NCBI RefSeq assembly: GCF_036321535.1
Contig: NC_087444.1
Coordinates: 9,424,001 to 9,488,000 of the forward strand
Source of the DNA: Camelus dromedarius
Taxonomy: Eukaryota
Length of the DNA stretch: 64,000 bases
Direction of reading: 5' to 3'
The notes under the pieces are model-generated. The model had not been told where the DNA came from. It ran no database searches and saw only the letters and a list, made by a program, of their open reading frames with translations. The stretch's first letter is position 1. Each line of letters opens with the position of its first letter. Both the position numbers and the translations under genes were made by a program. Shown piece after piece: positions 12,860 to 25,230 of this stretch.

Positions 12860-13010
12860 TTTAATCTTTACAGCAACCCTATAAATTAAATTTTACAGTT
12901 ATCTCTACTTTGAAGATGAGGAAGTTGAAGTGTAGAGTTACGTAAATCAAAACGCCCAAAGTCAGAGTTTCTCAATGGAGGACCAGGGATGTGAACCAGT
13001 ATCTGAATTT
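12860..13010 (-). mobile_element. MIR SINE fragment
   Basis: catttaatctttacagcaaccctat...gaagatgaggaagttgaag...cccaaagtca. Confidence 0.7.
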
Positions 13011-15476
13011 ACAGTTGACGCTTTTTTACTGAAGCGATGCGGTAAGACTGAATCTGTTAGCTAAAGGGATTTAGGGCAGAAGTTGAGAAAGCCATGGGGA
13101 TGCCTACGGTGAGAAAGAGCTATATAACTGAGATACATCAAACCTTGTGTCTTCTGATTTGGTGTAATTTAAAGAAAATCTAGATGCTACCTTTTACCCA
13201 CAAACTCTTAACTACTACCTTCCATAATAATCCAGATTTCCTCCATTAAGTATTTATCAGATCTTCAAGATCTGTTAATATGCAAGTTCCTTTTAGAAAG
13301 TCATTGTAAGTTAAACTCTAAAAGGGACTAATTGTAAGCTATCGGGGAGCAGTAGCTCTGAGAGGGTGGAATCCGGAACCAGCCTACCAAAAGCACAGGG
13401 AAGGAACTGGAACTAAAAGAAGTAAAGAAGCTACAAAGTAAAATTTCACTTTCATTTATTTTCTTTAAAGTTTTCCCTACCACTGACTATAAAAAGTATG
13501 AAATTTCAAAGCAAAGATTCCACTGAAGAGTCTACTTTCTCCCTCCTAACACATTATAATGCCAATCTAAAGATTAATTAGTAGGAAAGCCTTCTGACTT
13601 GAACAGTCTTGAAAGTGTTTAAGGAGCAAGGCAATTTTTAAAGCAGCATTCCAAGTTTAGCTTTCTAACTTTAGTTAGGATATAAAGAAATAATTATGTA
13701 TCTGGCTTAGTCATAATTGCACCATCTTCCCTCTCATGAAAGGCTACACATTATGTAACTGCAGCTATTGATTTTCCACATCAGACACTTTAATTGAAAG
13801 GTTAAGAGGAAGCTGGATCAGCAAAGTTTGAGGTTACTAATTCTGCATTAAATAATTTGGGACTTAAATTCCCTCTACAGACAAAAAGTCGAGAATTTTA
13901 AAGAAAAAATTCACTTCTTGGAAAAAGAGTATTACTATTGCCAATCAACAGAAGATTTTTAAAGCCTGGACTGAAATAAAAGACATGAACTTTATATAAC
14001 CTTAGCTTATGAATGGGATGTTTGGCATTATTTTTGCTGTTTGTGATGTAGACTATAAATGACCGAACTGCCACTTTATAGCTGACATTGTTTTTCATTG
14101 ACAGTTGACACTGACATTTGGGGTACACAGGTGAAGGAGATGGTGACAGGACAGCTGTTGGCATCCAGAGGTTACAAGTTCAATCCTTAATCCTAAAAAT
14201 CTTACATTAAAAAAAGATCAATACCCACTAGTCAACTGTCAAAAATACTGTCAAAAATACTGATGCCCCGAGACCATTAAGTAGCAATAGAAAGCAGTAA
14301 CTTACATCACCGTTAGGAATGGAGATCTTCTGAAAATTTAGCACTTGAATAAAATGATTTAAGTATTTCAGGAGAAGAAATGAATTGGATGAATAAATAT
14401 AAAATAAAAGGGACTAGGAAAGACCAAAACACTAATAAATCTAGACATTGCTCATGGAACCCATTATGGATATCTATACAAATATATTCCTTGTGTATTG
14501 AATTAATTAAAACTATACTTGAGGCAAAACTAAAAATTAAACATGGAAAACTAAATATTTACAGTGAGACCCTCATAAAGAATTCCAATTATCTTTTGTC
14601 AATATTTTCCAAGTAAGCTGTACATTACTGATATTCTTTCCTTTTCAGAAAAAATTGAGACACACATAAGTAATTAAATAAACTGCTTATTACATACCAT
14701 AGTGAACTGACATCTAACAGCTCTTAGTCATCTGTCAGGTCTGGCCCCTCTTGATGCTTTTGTTTGAATTGTGTTTTTCATCACTTGCTCACGCAGCATG
14801 CTGCCACACCCAGCTTTTTAGGATTTATCCCACTGTTTTTGAAATCATCTGTTTAAATATCAGACTCCTCTGGTACCCTGTGTGCATAATTGAGAATAAT
14901 GACCATGTTCTATACCACTTGGTAATGCACTGATATCAATATTGTTTCTTGGATGGCAGTGTCTGGCATACAAAAATCATTGTTAAACTGGACTGAGTCA
15001 CAAGTTTAGGATTTCACCTGGCCAGTTCTCCATTCTTAACTACCCAGGTTTTAGAATACTATTTCAATAGAATTGAGTTAGCTCTTACTTTATACCTGTC
15101 CCACCAGAGGTATCACTTCTAATAATACTATGATGCCAGTAATTGCTCAGAGGTGAGAATATACTGAAGCAGGGATCAAGTAACAGAATTTAGTGCTGTG
15201 TAGTTTAGCTGAAGGGTGAGAGCCTGCATGGAACTTCTTTCAGTCTTTAATCTATTGTAGTTGTCAAACAATAAAAGAGTTTTCAAATGGTCTAAAGCAA
15301 AGGCATTGTAGTTGTATACACATATACTCATGGACTCCAGATAAAAAAACGCATTTGACTGTAAGAAGAGATTGGGAAATTTCTTTGTAGAATAGTAATT
15401 TAAATGTTTAACAGTTTAATTAATTTTGGATTATTCATCAGTATGTTCTGAATGATGACACTGCTTTTTAATCTTT

Positions 15477-15602
15477 TTTGGGGGGAAATTAATTAGGTTT
15501 ACTTATTTACTTATTTATTTATTTTTAATGGAGGTACTGGGGATTGAACCCAGCATGCATGCTAGGCATGCACTCTACCACTGAGCTATACCCTCCCCCC
15601 TA
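15477..15602 (-). mobile_element. Camelid tRNA-Ala-derived SINE (Vic-1 type) with a perfect 13-bp TSD
   Basis: Minus strand ggggggagggtatagctcagtggtagagtgcatgcctagc...gggttcaatccccagtacctcc carries A and B boxes and an (AAAT)n tail. TSD ctttttaatcttt at 15464-15476 and 15603-15615. Confidence 0.9.
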
Positions 15603-16579
15603 CTTTTTAATCTTTATTTTATTTCTCACTTGGCCTACTAAAGTCAGCAAATGTTAAATTTTTTAAAAGTTCCAAAAATTATGCACATACCAACATTACA
15701 TAATGTAGGCTGATTGTATATGGTATACTGTGTGCATTCTATATACAAAATACATGTTTTTGATAATTAATAGAATGTTAAAATACAAAATGCAAAGTTG
15801 CATAAAAGAAAGGCAGTTTGATTTTTAAGTGACAAGAAACAAATAAATATCAATATTTTATGTATAACTGAGCCATTCTGCTATCAGGGCACAAAAAATA
15901 GTTGAATTTTTTTTGATGTCCTCCGTTTAACCAGCTGGAATTTTTTTAAATGATATCTAGTTTAGCTTTTTGAAAATTTGCTTTGAATAATTTTTACACT
16001 ATAATTCTGTTAGGATCTGAACTGTCTAAAACAAAGAATCTTTAAAACTAGTAAAAGGCACTGATAAAGAAGGTTCTGGTTATTTTGAGGTAAATGATGA
16101 AGTATGCCATTGAAACAATGAAGCACTTTATCTTAAAATTTTTGCTTTTTTTTAAAGCTTGATTCTCTACTCTTGAAAAACCTAATGATCATAATCATTT
16201 TGATAGAGCTCAAAATACAGTATTTCTCCTAAGAAATAGCTCAAAACCCTCCCTCAAAAAGAAGTTGGCAAATGATCAAAACATGTAGAAACTGATGAAT
16301 ATTAGAAGAAAGTAATAATCATCTTTGCAAGGTAGAATCATTTCACTTCCTATAGCTAAAAACACAGAGTTGAGGATAATCCAGCTTTGGCATCCTTTCA
16401 GAAGTCTGTTTCTATATACTTGCCAATTCATTGGGAACCTTCTATCCTGAAAATAGATCATTGTAATGTCCTCAGTAAGAGGACCCATTGTTGTGAATTA
16501 ATGCTACTTGTGAATTAATGACAGATTTATCTGTACTATTAAATTATTATGAGTATTAGCACAGCTATTAATAACACCA

Positions 16580-16750
16580 CTTTTTAAAGAGCTTTCATTT
16601 GTAATGCCTCATTTGATTCTTTCAGCAACTCTGAGAGGTTCAAAGGAGTGGTTATTACCATCCTTACTGAATATGTGGGAAACTGAGATATAAAAGCTGA
16701 ACTGCCTTAGGCAGTTACACAACTGGAAATAGTGATGCACAGATAACAAT
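16580..16750 (-). mobile_element. MIR SINE
   Basis: cctcatttgattctttcagcaactctgagagg...gaaactgagatataaaagctgaactgcc. Confidence 0.75.
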
Positions 16751-16829
16751 ATTTCTAATTTACAAAATAGTGAATATGTTTTTAAAACATTTATTCTGGG
16801 CCATCACGTTCACCTCCTCGTAATAGTTA

Positions 16830-17160
16830 CTATGTACTATGTACTGTGTGTTTACTTTGTGTCAGATACTTTGACATACCTTATTTATAAAAGTCCAAAC
16901 AAACTTTCAAAGATAGATATTGCCATCCTCCTCTTCCAGGTGAGGGTGCAGAGACCCAGAGAGGTGGCATGATTGATTTTAAATTGAGATCTGTCTGACT
17001 TCCAAGTTCAAGCTTTCATCCGAGATATTACTTCATTTAATTCTCACTTGATCCCTCTGAGGTATGTATAGTGTCCCTTTCTTTTTATAATTCTGGAGAT
17101 GATCTCAGAGAGTTAATATCACATGGAGAGACTAGTTGGGGAATTGGCATTCTGACTGGC
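16830..17160 (-). mobile_element. Two adjacent MIR fragments
   Basis: ccatcctcctcttccaggtgagggtgcagagacccagagagg, and gatctcagagagttaatatcacatgg. Confidence 0.65.
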
Positions 17161-18601
17161 TGAATTTTCAGTTTTCATGATGTTGACAATACTTTTGAAA
17201 TCTATATGTACTTAAATTTCCTGCCTTTTTAAACTTAATGTATTGAGAACAACTGGAGTTTTTGTTGATGGGTAAACCTTTTAATTCCTAAGGACTATTA
17301 TTTTTATTCATATTTTACATTAATTTTTTATAGATATTGAAGGCACTAAACTGGGTCGAATCTGTACTGGCATACATGACTGAGTATTATTTTAAAAAAT
17401 AAATCATTAACATTGAAGAGTTTTTATGGCTGTTTGAGTGATCAGGGTTATTGACTTATTATAAAGCGCCTACTATGAGTTAGATATTAAGCTGTATACT
17501 GAGTATATTCTAAGTATACCTATAGCAAAAAAGACACATGAACAGACTAAATATATAAACTAGATTTTACAATATCAGGGGCATCACAGAATTCTGAAAA
17601 AGAGCAGGTGAAAACTTTAATACATTTTAGCTTTATTATGAGGAATAATAAACTGAGCTAAGAACAATTCAGTATTGAATGACATGTCTAAAGGAATCAT
17701 AAACAGGAAGGTGGTACAATATATTTGCATTCTTTGTTAAATATAAAATAATCAGACAATTTTATTTTCAGTTACTTATGTTTATAATTTGATGGTACAG
17801 CATTCTGTGATGAGAGGAGAGGTTAGTATAGTTCAAAGTTAAATCAAGAGTTAAGATCTCAATGACTGTTTCGTACTGTTCCCGAATTGTAGTATCATCT
17901 GTTGTAGTGACAATAGCAATGAAGGGTTGAAATGGAATACAGCATTGTTTATGAAGATAGACTTTTTTGTGTGTGTACTAGGAAAGTTATTTTCAGACAA
18001 CACTATTTTTAAAAAAATAGATGAATGGTTATTACCCTTCTCTTTTTGGACATCATGCCAAAAATAAAAATAAAAGCAATAAACAGAGTTTACAAATAAC
18101 AATAACTGTTGCTGAAATTTTAAAAAATACTGAATTACCTTATTAATTCTTCCATGATTTAAAGATATACAAATCTTAGAAGGCAATTATATTAAAAACT
18201 TACGAAAATCAAAGAGCATATTTCTTCTAATGTTGAGGAATTGTAGTAGCATCTTTCTGAGTAAGAAAAGGTCATGTAATTTATAATTCTCCAATGTGTC
18301 TTTCATGTCTGTTGATAAATTCATTTTTTGAAGTAACATTGAAGATAAGTACCACATTTTATCACTGTCCCCTTTAGGACTCCCTTATGCACAGGCATTT
18401 TTTAGTTACTAGTCTAGTTTTGATACAATACTTATATATTAATTAAGTTTCCAAAAAAATGTAACATTTATTGAGCAACTCTGTAGGCAAGGTACCATAC
18501 ATAGAGATCTGTAAGAAACAAAGGGCTGGTCAAGACCAGAGCATAACTTCAAGGGGTTCACAGTTTTTTTGGGGATCTAGATAAATATTGATCTCTAATG
18601 G

Positions 18602-19083
18602 TATGTTAGTTTTCTATTGCTACTAGAACAAATTACCACAAACTTGGTGACTTAACGATAATAGCATTTGTTACCTTACAGTTGTATAAGTTAGAGGTCT
18701 GAAATTGATCTCATGGAGGTAAAATTCAGATCTTAACAGGGCTCTGCTCCTTCTAGAGGCTCTAGGAAAGAGACTGCTTCCCTGCCTTTTCCCGCTTCAA
18801 GAGGTTGGCTGTGTTCCTTGGCCTGTGGTCCTTCCCCTCTTCAAAGCCAGCCATCACATCACTCCAACCTCTGCTTCCATCGTCACAGCTTCTTCTCTTA
18901 CTCTCCTGCTTCTTTTTCATTTATAAGGGCCCTTATGATTAAATTCAGCCCACATGGATAATCCAGGATAATCTTTCCATCTCAAAACCTTAAACTTAAT
19001 TACATCTGCAAGGGTTCTTTATCCACATGAGGTAACATATTCACAGGTTTTGGGGAGGAGGATGTGGACATCTGTCTACTGCA
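18602..19083 (-). mobile_element. MaLR solo LTR, MLT1C/D-like
   Basis: aacaaattaccacaaacttggtgacttaa...ggataatccaggataatctttccatctcaaa...aggtaacatattcacaggtt. Near-TSD aatgg/tatgg. Confidence 0.9.
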
Positions 19084-19559
19084 TATGGCTAAACATGATA
19101 AATAGATTTATATTCTTATATTTTAGATGTAGACATTGACACACTCAGAAATCCAGTATTTAGGTTTTCTTAATCTATTCATGCAAAAACATTTAAATAT
19201 TAATAGGGAAGATTGAAGACTGGAAGTTTAACGTATTCAATTAAATAGGCAAATAATATGTCCGGTCTTGGGTTTCAAAAGGAGGAAGGAAGCTTGTTGA
19301 TAATGTATAGAGGTAGTGAACTTACATGTGTATTTTCAGTTCACTGTCACATGCCAAGTACTTTAATTTTATTTGCAAAATATTAGAGAGCATTAGAGCG
19401 AACACAGCCAGATATTGGAGCTTAATTTGGTCATTATTTAGTTCCTTGTGATGAATTGTAAAACTGGATTTGAATAGTAATACTAGATTTGAAAGAAATG
19501 TTAATATATTAAGTTATCTAATCTTTAAATAACTATAAAGATCTTTTAACTCTACATCT

Positions 19560-21495
19560 CTTTACCAGACCACTTCTCTGATCCTCTTAAAAGTAGAATA
19601 TCTTGAAAGCGTTTTCTGAACTTTCCATCTCTAATTTGTCTCTTCCCACTCTGCTCTTCACCTATTTCAGTCATGTTCTGCTCCCACTACACAGAAACCG
19701 TTCTAGTTAGTCACCAATCATCACCACAGTGCTAAGTCAGAGGTCAAATCTCAGTCCCCATTTTACATGATTTTCAGCAGCGTTTGATGCAGATGGTCAT
19801 TCTCTTTTCCTTGAAATATTTTCTTCATTTGACACCCAGACTAGCTATCTTGCTTTTCCTACTCTCTCACTATCCTGTCCTTCTCAGCCTCCTTTGCTTT
19901 TATTCTTCAACTCCCTGATCTCTGATGGTAGATTGTCCCAGGAATCAGTCTTTGGATTTTCACTCTTCTGTATCTCCTCTATTTGTATCTAAGTTAGATT
20001 ATCCAGTCTCAGAGATTTGACTATTACTTAACTGCTGTCTACCCCTAAAATTTTATTTCTAGTCTGGATCTCTTCCATGAGCTCCAAATTCATTTACCAA
20101 AATTCCCTATTTAATATCTCCTACTGGATCTCCACAGGCATTGTGCTATTGGCATATCCCAAACTGCATCTCTTACGTCTGTCCCCTCCTCTCACAGAAA
20201 TAATGCAGAACTGCTTGAGTGATCTTCCTCGTCTCAATAAATGGCAGCTCTATTCTTGTGGATGCTCAAGCCAAAAACGTTGCAGTCACCCTTGACTTGT
20301 ACTTCACATCCAACCCGTCAGCAAATCCTACTGACTCTGCCTTAACCATAGCTCCAAAACATGAGCACTTTTCAAGTCCATTACCTCCATTTGTCTCTGA
20401 CTTAGATTATTTCCATGATTTCCTAATTGGTCTCCCTATTTGTACATTTACTTTGCTAGAGTGTAATTTCAACCAACAGACATGGTGATCCTTTAAAAAT
20501 ATAGGTCAAGTAGTTTAACTCATCTGCATGCATCTTACAAAATTTTCCCAACTCATTCTGAGTAAAAATTATTAAAGTCATTACAGTGGCCTATAAGCTT
20601 CTCCATGCTCTGGTTCCCTGTTACCTACTTGAGCTCAACTCGTATGACTCTTGCTTACTTCTGATTGAGTCTCACTGGCCTTCCTGATGTGCTAACTCAC
20701 AGATTTTCACATTCTTTTTCTTCTTCTGGAATGTTTTTCCTCAAGATATCTTCATGGCTTTCTCCCTACAATTTTTAGCCCCCTTTTAAGTGTTGCTCAT
20801 AATATATGATATTTCTTCTTTATGACTGAGTAATACTCCATTTCATAAATATACTGCATCTTAATACAATCACTGTTGATAGGCACTTGGGTTTATTCTA
20901 TGTCTTTACTATTATCAGTAGTGCTGCTATAAACATTTTAAGATATCTTTTCAAATTAGTACTCTTTTCTTTTCCAGATATATACCAAGAGTGGAATTGC
21001 TGGATCATATGGTAGTTCTATTTTTAGTTTTTTAAAGGAATTTCCATAGATACAAACTACTATATATAAAAAAGATAAACAAGGATATGCTATATAGCAT
21101 AGGGAATTATACTCAGTATCTTGTAATAACCTACAGTGGATTATAATCTGCAAAAATTACTGAATCACTATGCTGTACACCTGAAACTAACACAATATGG
21201 TAAATGAACTACATTTGAATAATAATAAAAATTTTTCCTGACTAGTCTATTTAAAATAGTAATGTTTCTACATTAATCTGGTATTTCCTATTCTTCCTGT
21301 ATTTCCATTTTCTTCATAATAATTAACACAGTATAGTATTTTACATCTTTTGCATTTATTTTTTTCTAGTGTCTCTCTCCTTTCCATAGAAGATAAACTC
21401 TGTGAGGTCAGAAATATTTGTCTGTTTTATATTTCCAGTTTTAAGAATAGCCTGGCACAGTGAAGGCATTCAGTGAATGCTTGTTAAATGGATTA
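19560..21495 (+). mobile_element. L2a LINE (RT-region remnant to 3' end), interrupted by an L1 at ~20790-21231
   Basis: 19690-19810 is a decayed version of the L2 RT motif TETALxKVTND...LDLSAAFDTVDH. The 3' terminus cctggcacagtgaaggcattcagtgaatgcttgtt is at ~21450-21490. Confidence 0.85.
20790..21231. mobile_element. 5'-inverted (twin-primed) artiodactyl-type L1 3' fragment
   Basis: Antisense L1 segment (20790-21048; gtggaattgctggatcatatggtagttct) joined directly to a sense 3' end (21048-21231; gatacaaactac...tgtacacctgaaactaacacaat + A-rich tail). Confidence 0.8.
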
Positions 21496-22864
21496 ATATA
21501 GCTAGTCCAAAACTTAATGTGAAGTCAAAATGTTTACTACTTCCTCTTTCACTTGGAAAATCTAATAAAAGCAAACATGCAGATGGTTTGTTCTTTTTCT
21601 GCTTACATTTAGCCTCTGATTCTGAAGGAATTTATAGTCTGTGCATTGGTAGCTAGTCAATGGCTTGCATGTATTTTTCCGATTGGGGCCCACTTAGCAG
21701 GTGTTAGAGGTGGGGGATAAGTGTGTTTCTGCTCCTCACAGGGCTCTTGCATTAGCCAGCCTTAGAGGTGCCCATGGTGCTACTGTGAACAACAGAGACC
21801 CTTTACCAGTCCCTTCCTCATTGTTAGTCTGACAGCAATCAGATGAGTCTTGTCTTTTGTTTGTATGTTTTGTTTATTTAGTTTCTTAAACATCAGAAGA
21901 CCATTACAGTTCCTTCCTTTTTGTCAACGGTTTGTTTTCTTTGTGTTTCCATTGCTTCTACTGTTATATGCACAGTATTCTATTAATCAAGGTGTTCATA
22001 CAATTCACCTTTCTCTACCTCCATTGAGAAGTCTCCATATGCTCAAATAGGAATGCCTTTACTGCTCTTCTTGTTCTCAACATGGTGCTCAGCTACTTAG
22101 AGACTTAGATGGGTTTTAGAGATGCTCAATGTTGAGTGAAAACTATAAAATAAGAGTTAATAATAAAACATAATCAAGTATATGACCTCAAATTAGATAT
22201 ATGATAACTAAAATATCAGATAAATAATTGATGGTAATCTATTTTTATTTAAATTTGTATATATACTAATTTTTTTTTATTTCATTAGCTTCTTTTAAGA
22301 CTGGTGAACCTGATGATTTTTTGATTCAAATCAAACTTCTTATAGCAAATGAGACTAAAGAAGTCACATGCTTAATTTTGAGATATACAATCTGAGTTCC
22401 AGATGCAAAGGAAACGTTTGGAAGAACAGAGGCTGCTGCAAGGGTCTTTGTTTCCTTCCAATGTAGAGTTTCTCTGGGCTGGAGAGAGGGCAACCACAAT
22501 AGGGAAGTGTAGTTAGAGCCGGTGTCTCTGAGAAGAAGCTCACACTTAGCCCCTAGTGGGGAGGAGTGATGCTAGAGTCGCCAGAGAAGCTTGGAGCAGA
22601 GAGCACTTAGGCTCATTTCTGTTTGAGACCAATAAGTCAACAAACCTTAGGGTTCTACAATCCAACCACTGTGGGGTAAATTCTTCATAAGGAATGATGA
22701 TAAACAACACAATTTTATTGAGCATGATAAGTGCATTAAAGGAGTTACCTAATTTACTGCTGCAACAAGTCTGTATGAACGAGTGAGAAAACTGACATTC
22801 AGAGAGTTTAAAAACCCTGCATACATTTGTAGTGCAAGAGGGCGTGGTCTCCCCAGTCAGCCCG

Positions 22865-23023
22865 CCTGGGTGTGATTCCAGCCTCCACTTCCTACCAGTT
22901 GTGTTCCTGGGGCAAGTTACTTCACGTCTCACTAATCTTAATGCTGTTTTAATTTTTATTAGGATTAAATGAATTAATACATGTAAAGTGCTTGAGTCAT
23001 AATAAGTGCTTAATAAATATTGG
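22865..23023 (+). mobile_element. MIR SINE
   Basis: cagcctccacttcctaccagttgtgttcctggggcaagttacttc...ggattaaatgaattaatacatgtaaagtgctt. Confidence 0.85.
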
Positions 23024-23024
23024 C

Positions 23025-23137
23025 TATTTATTTATTTATTTATTTATTTTAATGGAGATACTGGGGATTGAGCCCAGGACCTTGTGCATGCTGAGCACAC
23101 ATTCTGCCACTGAGCTACACCACCTCCCCCACCCCCC
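23025..23137 (-). mobile_element. Camelid tRNA-Ala-derived SINE (Vic-1 type), older copy at a MIR tail
   Basis: (TTTA)n-atggagatactggggattgagcccaggaccttgtgcatgct...ccactgagctacacc. Confidence 0.85.
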
Positions 23138-23699
23138 AGGCTCTTAATTTATTATGTGGCAGAGTCAGGGTTCAAACTGAGACTCATCTGATTCTAGCCC
23201 ACGCTTTGAAAAACATACGACTAGTTTCCAGATGACCTTATTGTAAGGATTGAAGTGGAACCGAATGACTTGATTTTCAAGAGCAGCACCTCCCTGATAC
23301 TAGCTGACCGGGGTGGCTGAGGTCCAAGACGACAGGTCGGGCTTTCCCTTCATAGGGGTACTCCTCTGCTTGACTTTACCTCCTCATTTTTCCGTCCTTT
23401 CTATGGGCTGTCCTGGAGCCATTTAGAACCAGTTATCCCCATGGATAGCTATCAGGGATCCCTTGTATTTCTCTTCTACAAAGTAAGAGAAGTAAGAGAT
23501 ACTAAAATTCCTATAATGAAAGCCCTACTCCACCTTAAAAATGGGCTGTTTCCTGGGTTATGTTTCCCTCAGATACATCAGATGTGCGTATGGATATACG
23601 AATTGGTCTTTTAAATCAAGACCTGTGAAAATGTGAAGAGTAATTTGTGAAATGAAATAAATTCATAGCTAACATATTTAGGGGTTACGATTTGAAAGG

Positions 23700-23890
23700 C
23701 ACTTTTCCAAGCAGCTGACATTGATTGAATAGGGCGTTTAGTCCTCACAGAAACCCTATGAAGTAGTTGCTATCATTTCTCCCGGTTTACGGGTGATGAA
23801 ACTGCAGCTCTGAAAGTAACTGGCCCAAACTTGTAAGTGTAAAGCCTGAATGTTACCCAAGCAATGTGACTAGAGGGCCCTATGGCTTAA
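23700..23890 (-). mobile_element. MIR SINE
   Basis: cctcacagaaaccctatgaagtag...gatgaaactgcagctctgaaagtaactggccc. Confidence 0.75.
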
Positions 23891-25039
23891 CCACGAATCT
23901 CGGAGGATTCTGTCCAGGCATTTTCTGGATGCCTGGTAATCTTATGCAAGAGACAGTGCCCTTTATTTCTTAGACAGATTTCTGTAGAATGACTGACTTT
24001 AACCTCATTGCCCCGATGAATGCTAATTTTAAAATTTACACAAGGATATATCCTTCCTGTTTGCCTGTTCCTTTGCTTTTGAATATTTATTCCTGAATAT
24101 AATATAAGGAGATTTCGTAGAATTTATAAATATTTTTAAGATTCTCTTGTGGTCATGTCCTTTTAAATCTGTGTATTTATAATCTCAGTGCAATTACTTA
24201 TTTTTAACTTATATTTTTGCACTAAATTCTGCAGAGGAATTTCAAAGCACTTCAGCATTTCTGAATCCGGAGCAACCTAAAAATAGGAATGTCTGAAATG
24301 TATTCTTAGGATCATCCTATGAGTGAAGTAATGTGATAGAGCCTGGGTAAAATCTGTTTAGCGTTTATGTAATTAGCGAAGCTTGAGGGAAAAATCCTAT
24401 TTAAATCTAACAAATGAAATGTATATATTTTTTAGTATTCATGAGAAGTAAAAAGAACAATTGAGTCAATTATTAGAAGGACCTAAGAGTCTAAAGGTTT
24501 TTAAGTTAATTATCTGACTCTTTTCTACTTCTGCTGTCTTGACAGTAAATATTTGGTGAATATGTTTAATCACATGCTTTAGGACAATCACTCTGATCCA
24601 GGTGTCAAGGATGCAGAGAAGTGAGGGGAGAAGTAGTCAAGGAAATGGCAGAGTCTGAATTTGAATCTGAATGATTAAAGTAGTGAATATGCTATAATCT
24701 TGCTCATAATAAATTGCTCAGTATTTAAAGCTTTAGGCTAGCTTAATTGAACTTGAGTATTAAAAAAAAATAGAAATTTCCAGCTGTAAGCCCTAAGTTA
24801 ATTAAGCCATATAGTATTCAACCACAGTGAGCTGTTTGGTCATAAACCTTCTCCTCATGGCAATTGAGATGGTACCAAAATAGGGCTAATCTGTCTATTA
24901 AGGTAGTCTCCCTCACAGACAAAATCTAGTGTCTTAAATCTCTTATCTTTGACAGTATGACTCAGTTCCCCAAATCGTTTCTGTTCACCCTGTCACTATA
25001 TTCATGTAAGCCTTTGATCAGTCAGTGGTACAAGGAGGC

Positions 25040-25230
25040 CTGATGGAGCAGAAAGAGCTATGTATTACGACAAAAGGCTCCATCAAAAATCTCACTTAGG
25101 CAATTAAATCACTTAGCGACTTTGGACAGGTCATCATAAACTGGGCCTGATTACTCTGATTTCAAGTTGGACCTCAGATTTAAATGAAATGAAATAAGTA
25201 GAGCACCGAGTGAAGTGACTGACACATCGG
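25040..25230 (+). mobile_element. MIR SINE
   Basis: tggagcagaaagagc...cacttagcgactttggacaggtca...agatttaaatgaaat. Confidence 0.6.

Noticed and set aside
15477-15602. Functional tRNA-Ala gene (also 23025-23137)
   Set aside because: It has a SINE tail and TSD and a disrupted anticodon/variable region, so it is a tRNA-derived SINE.
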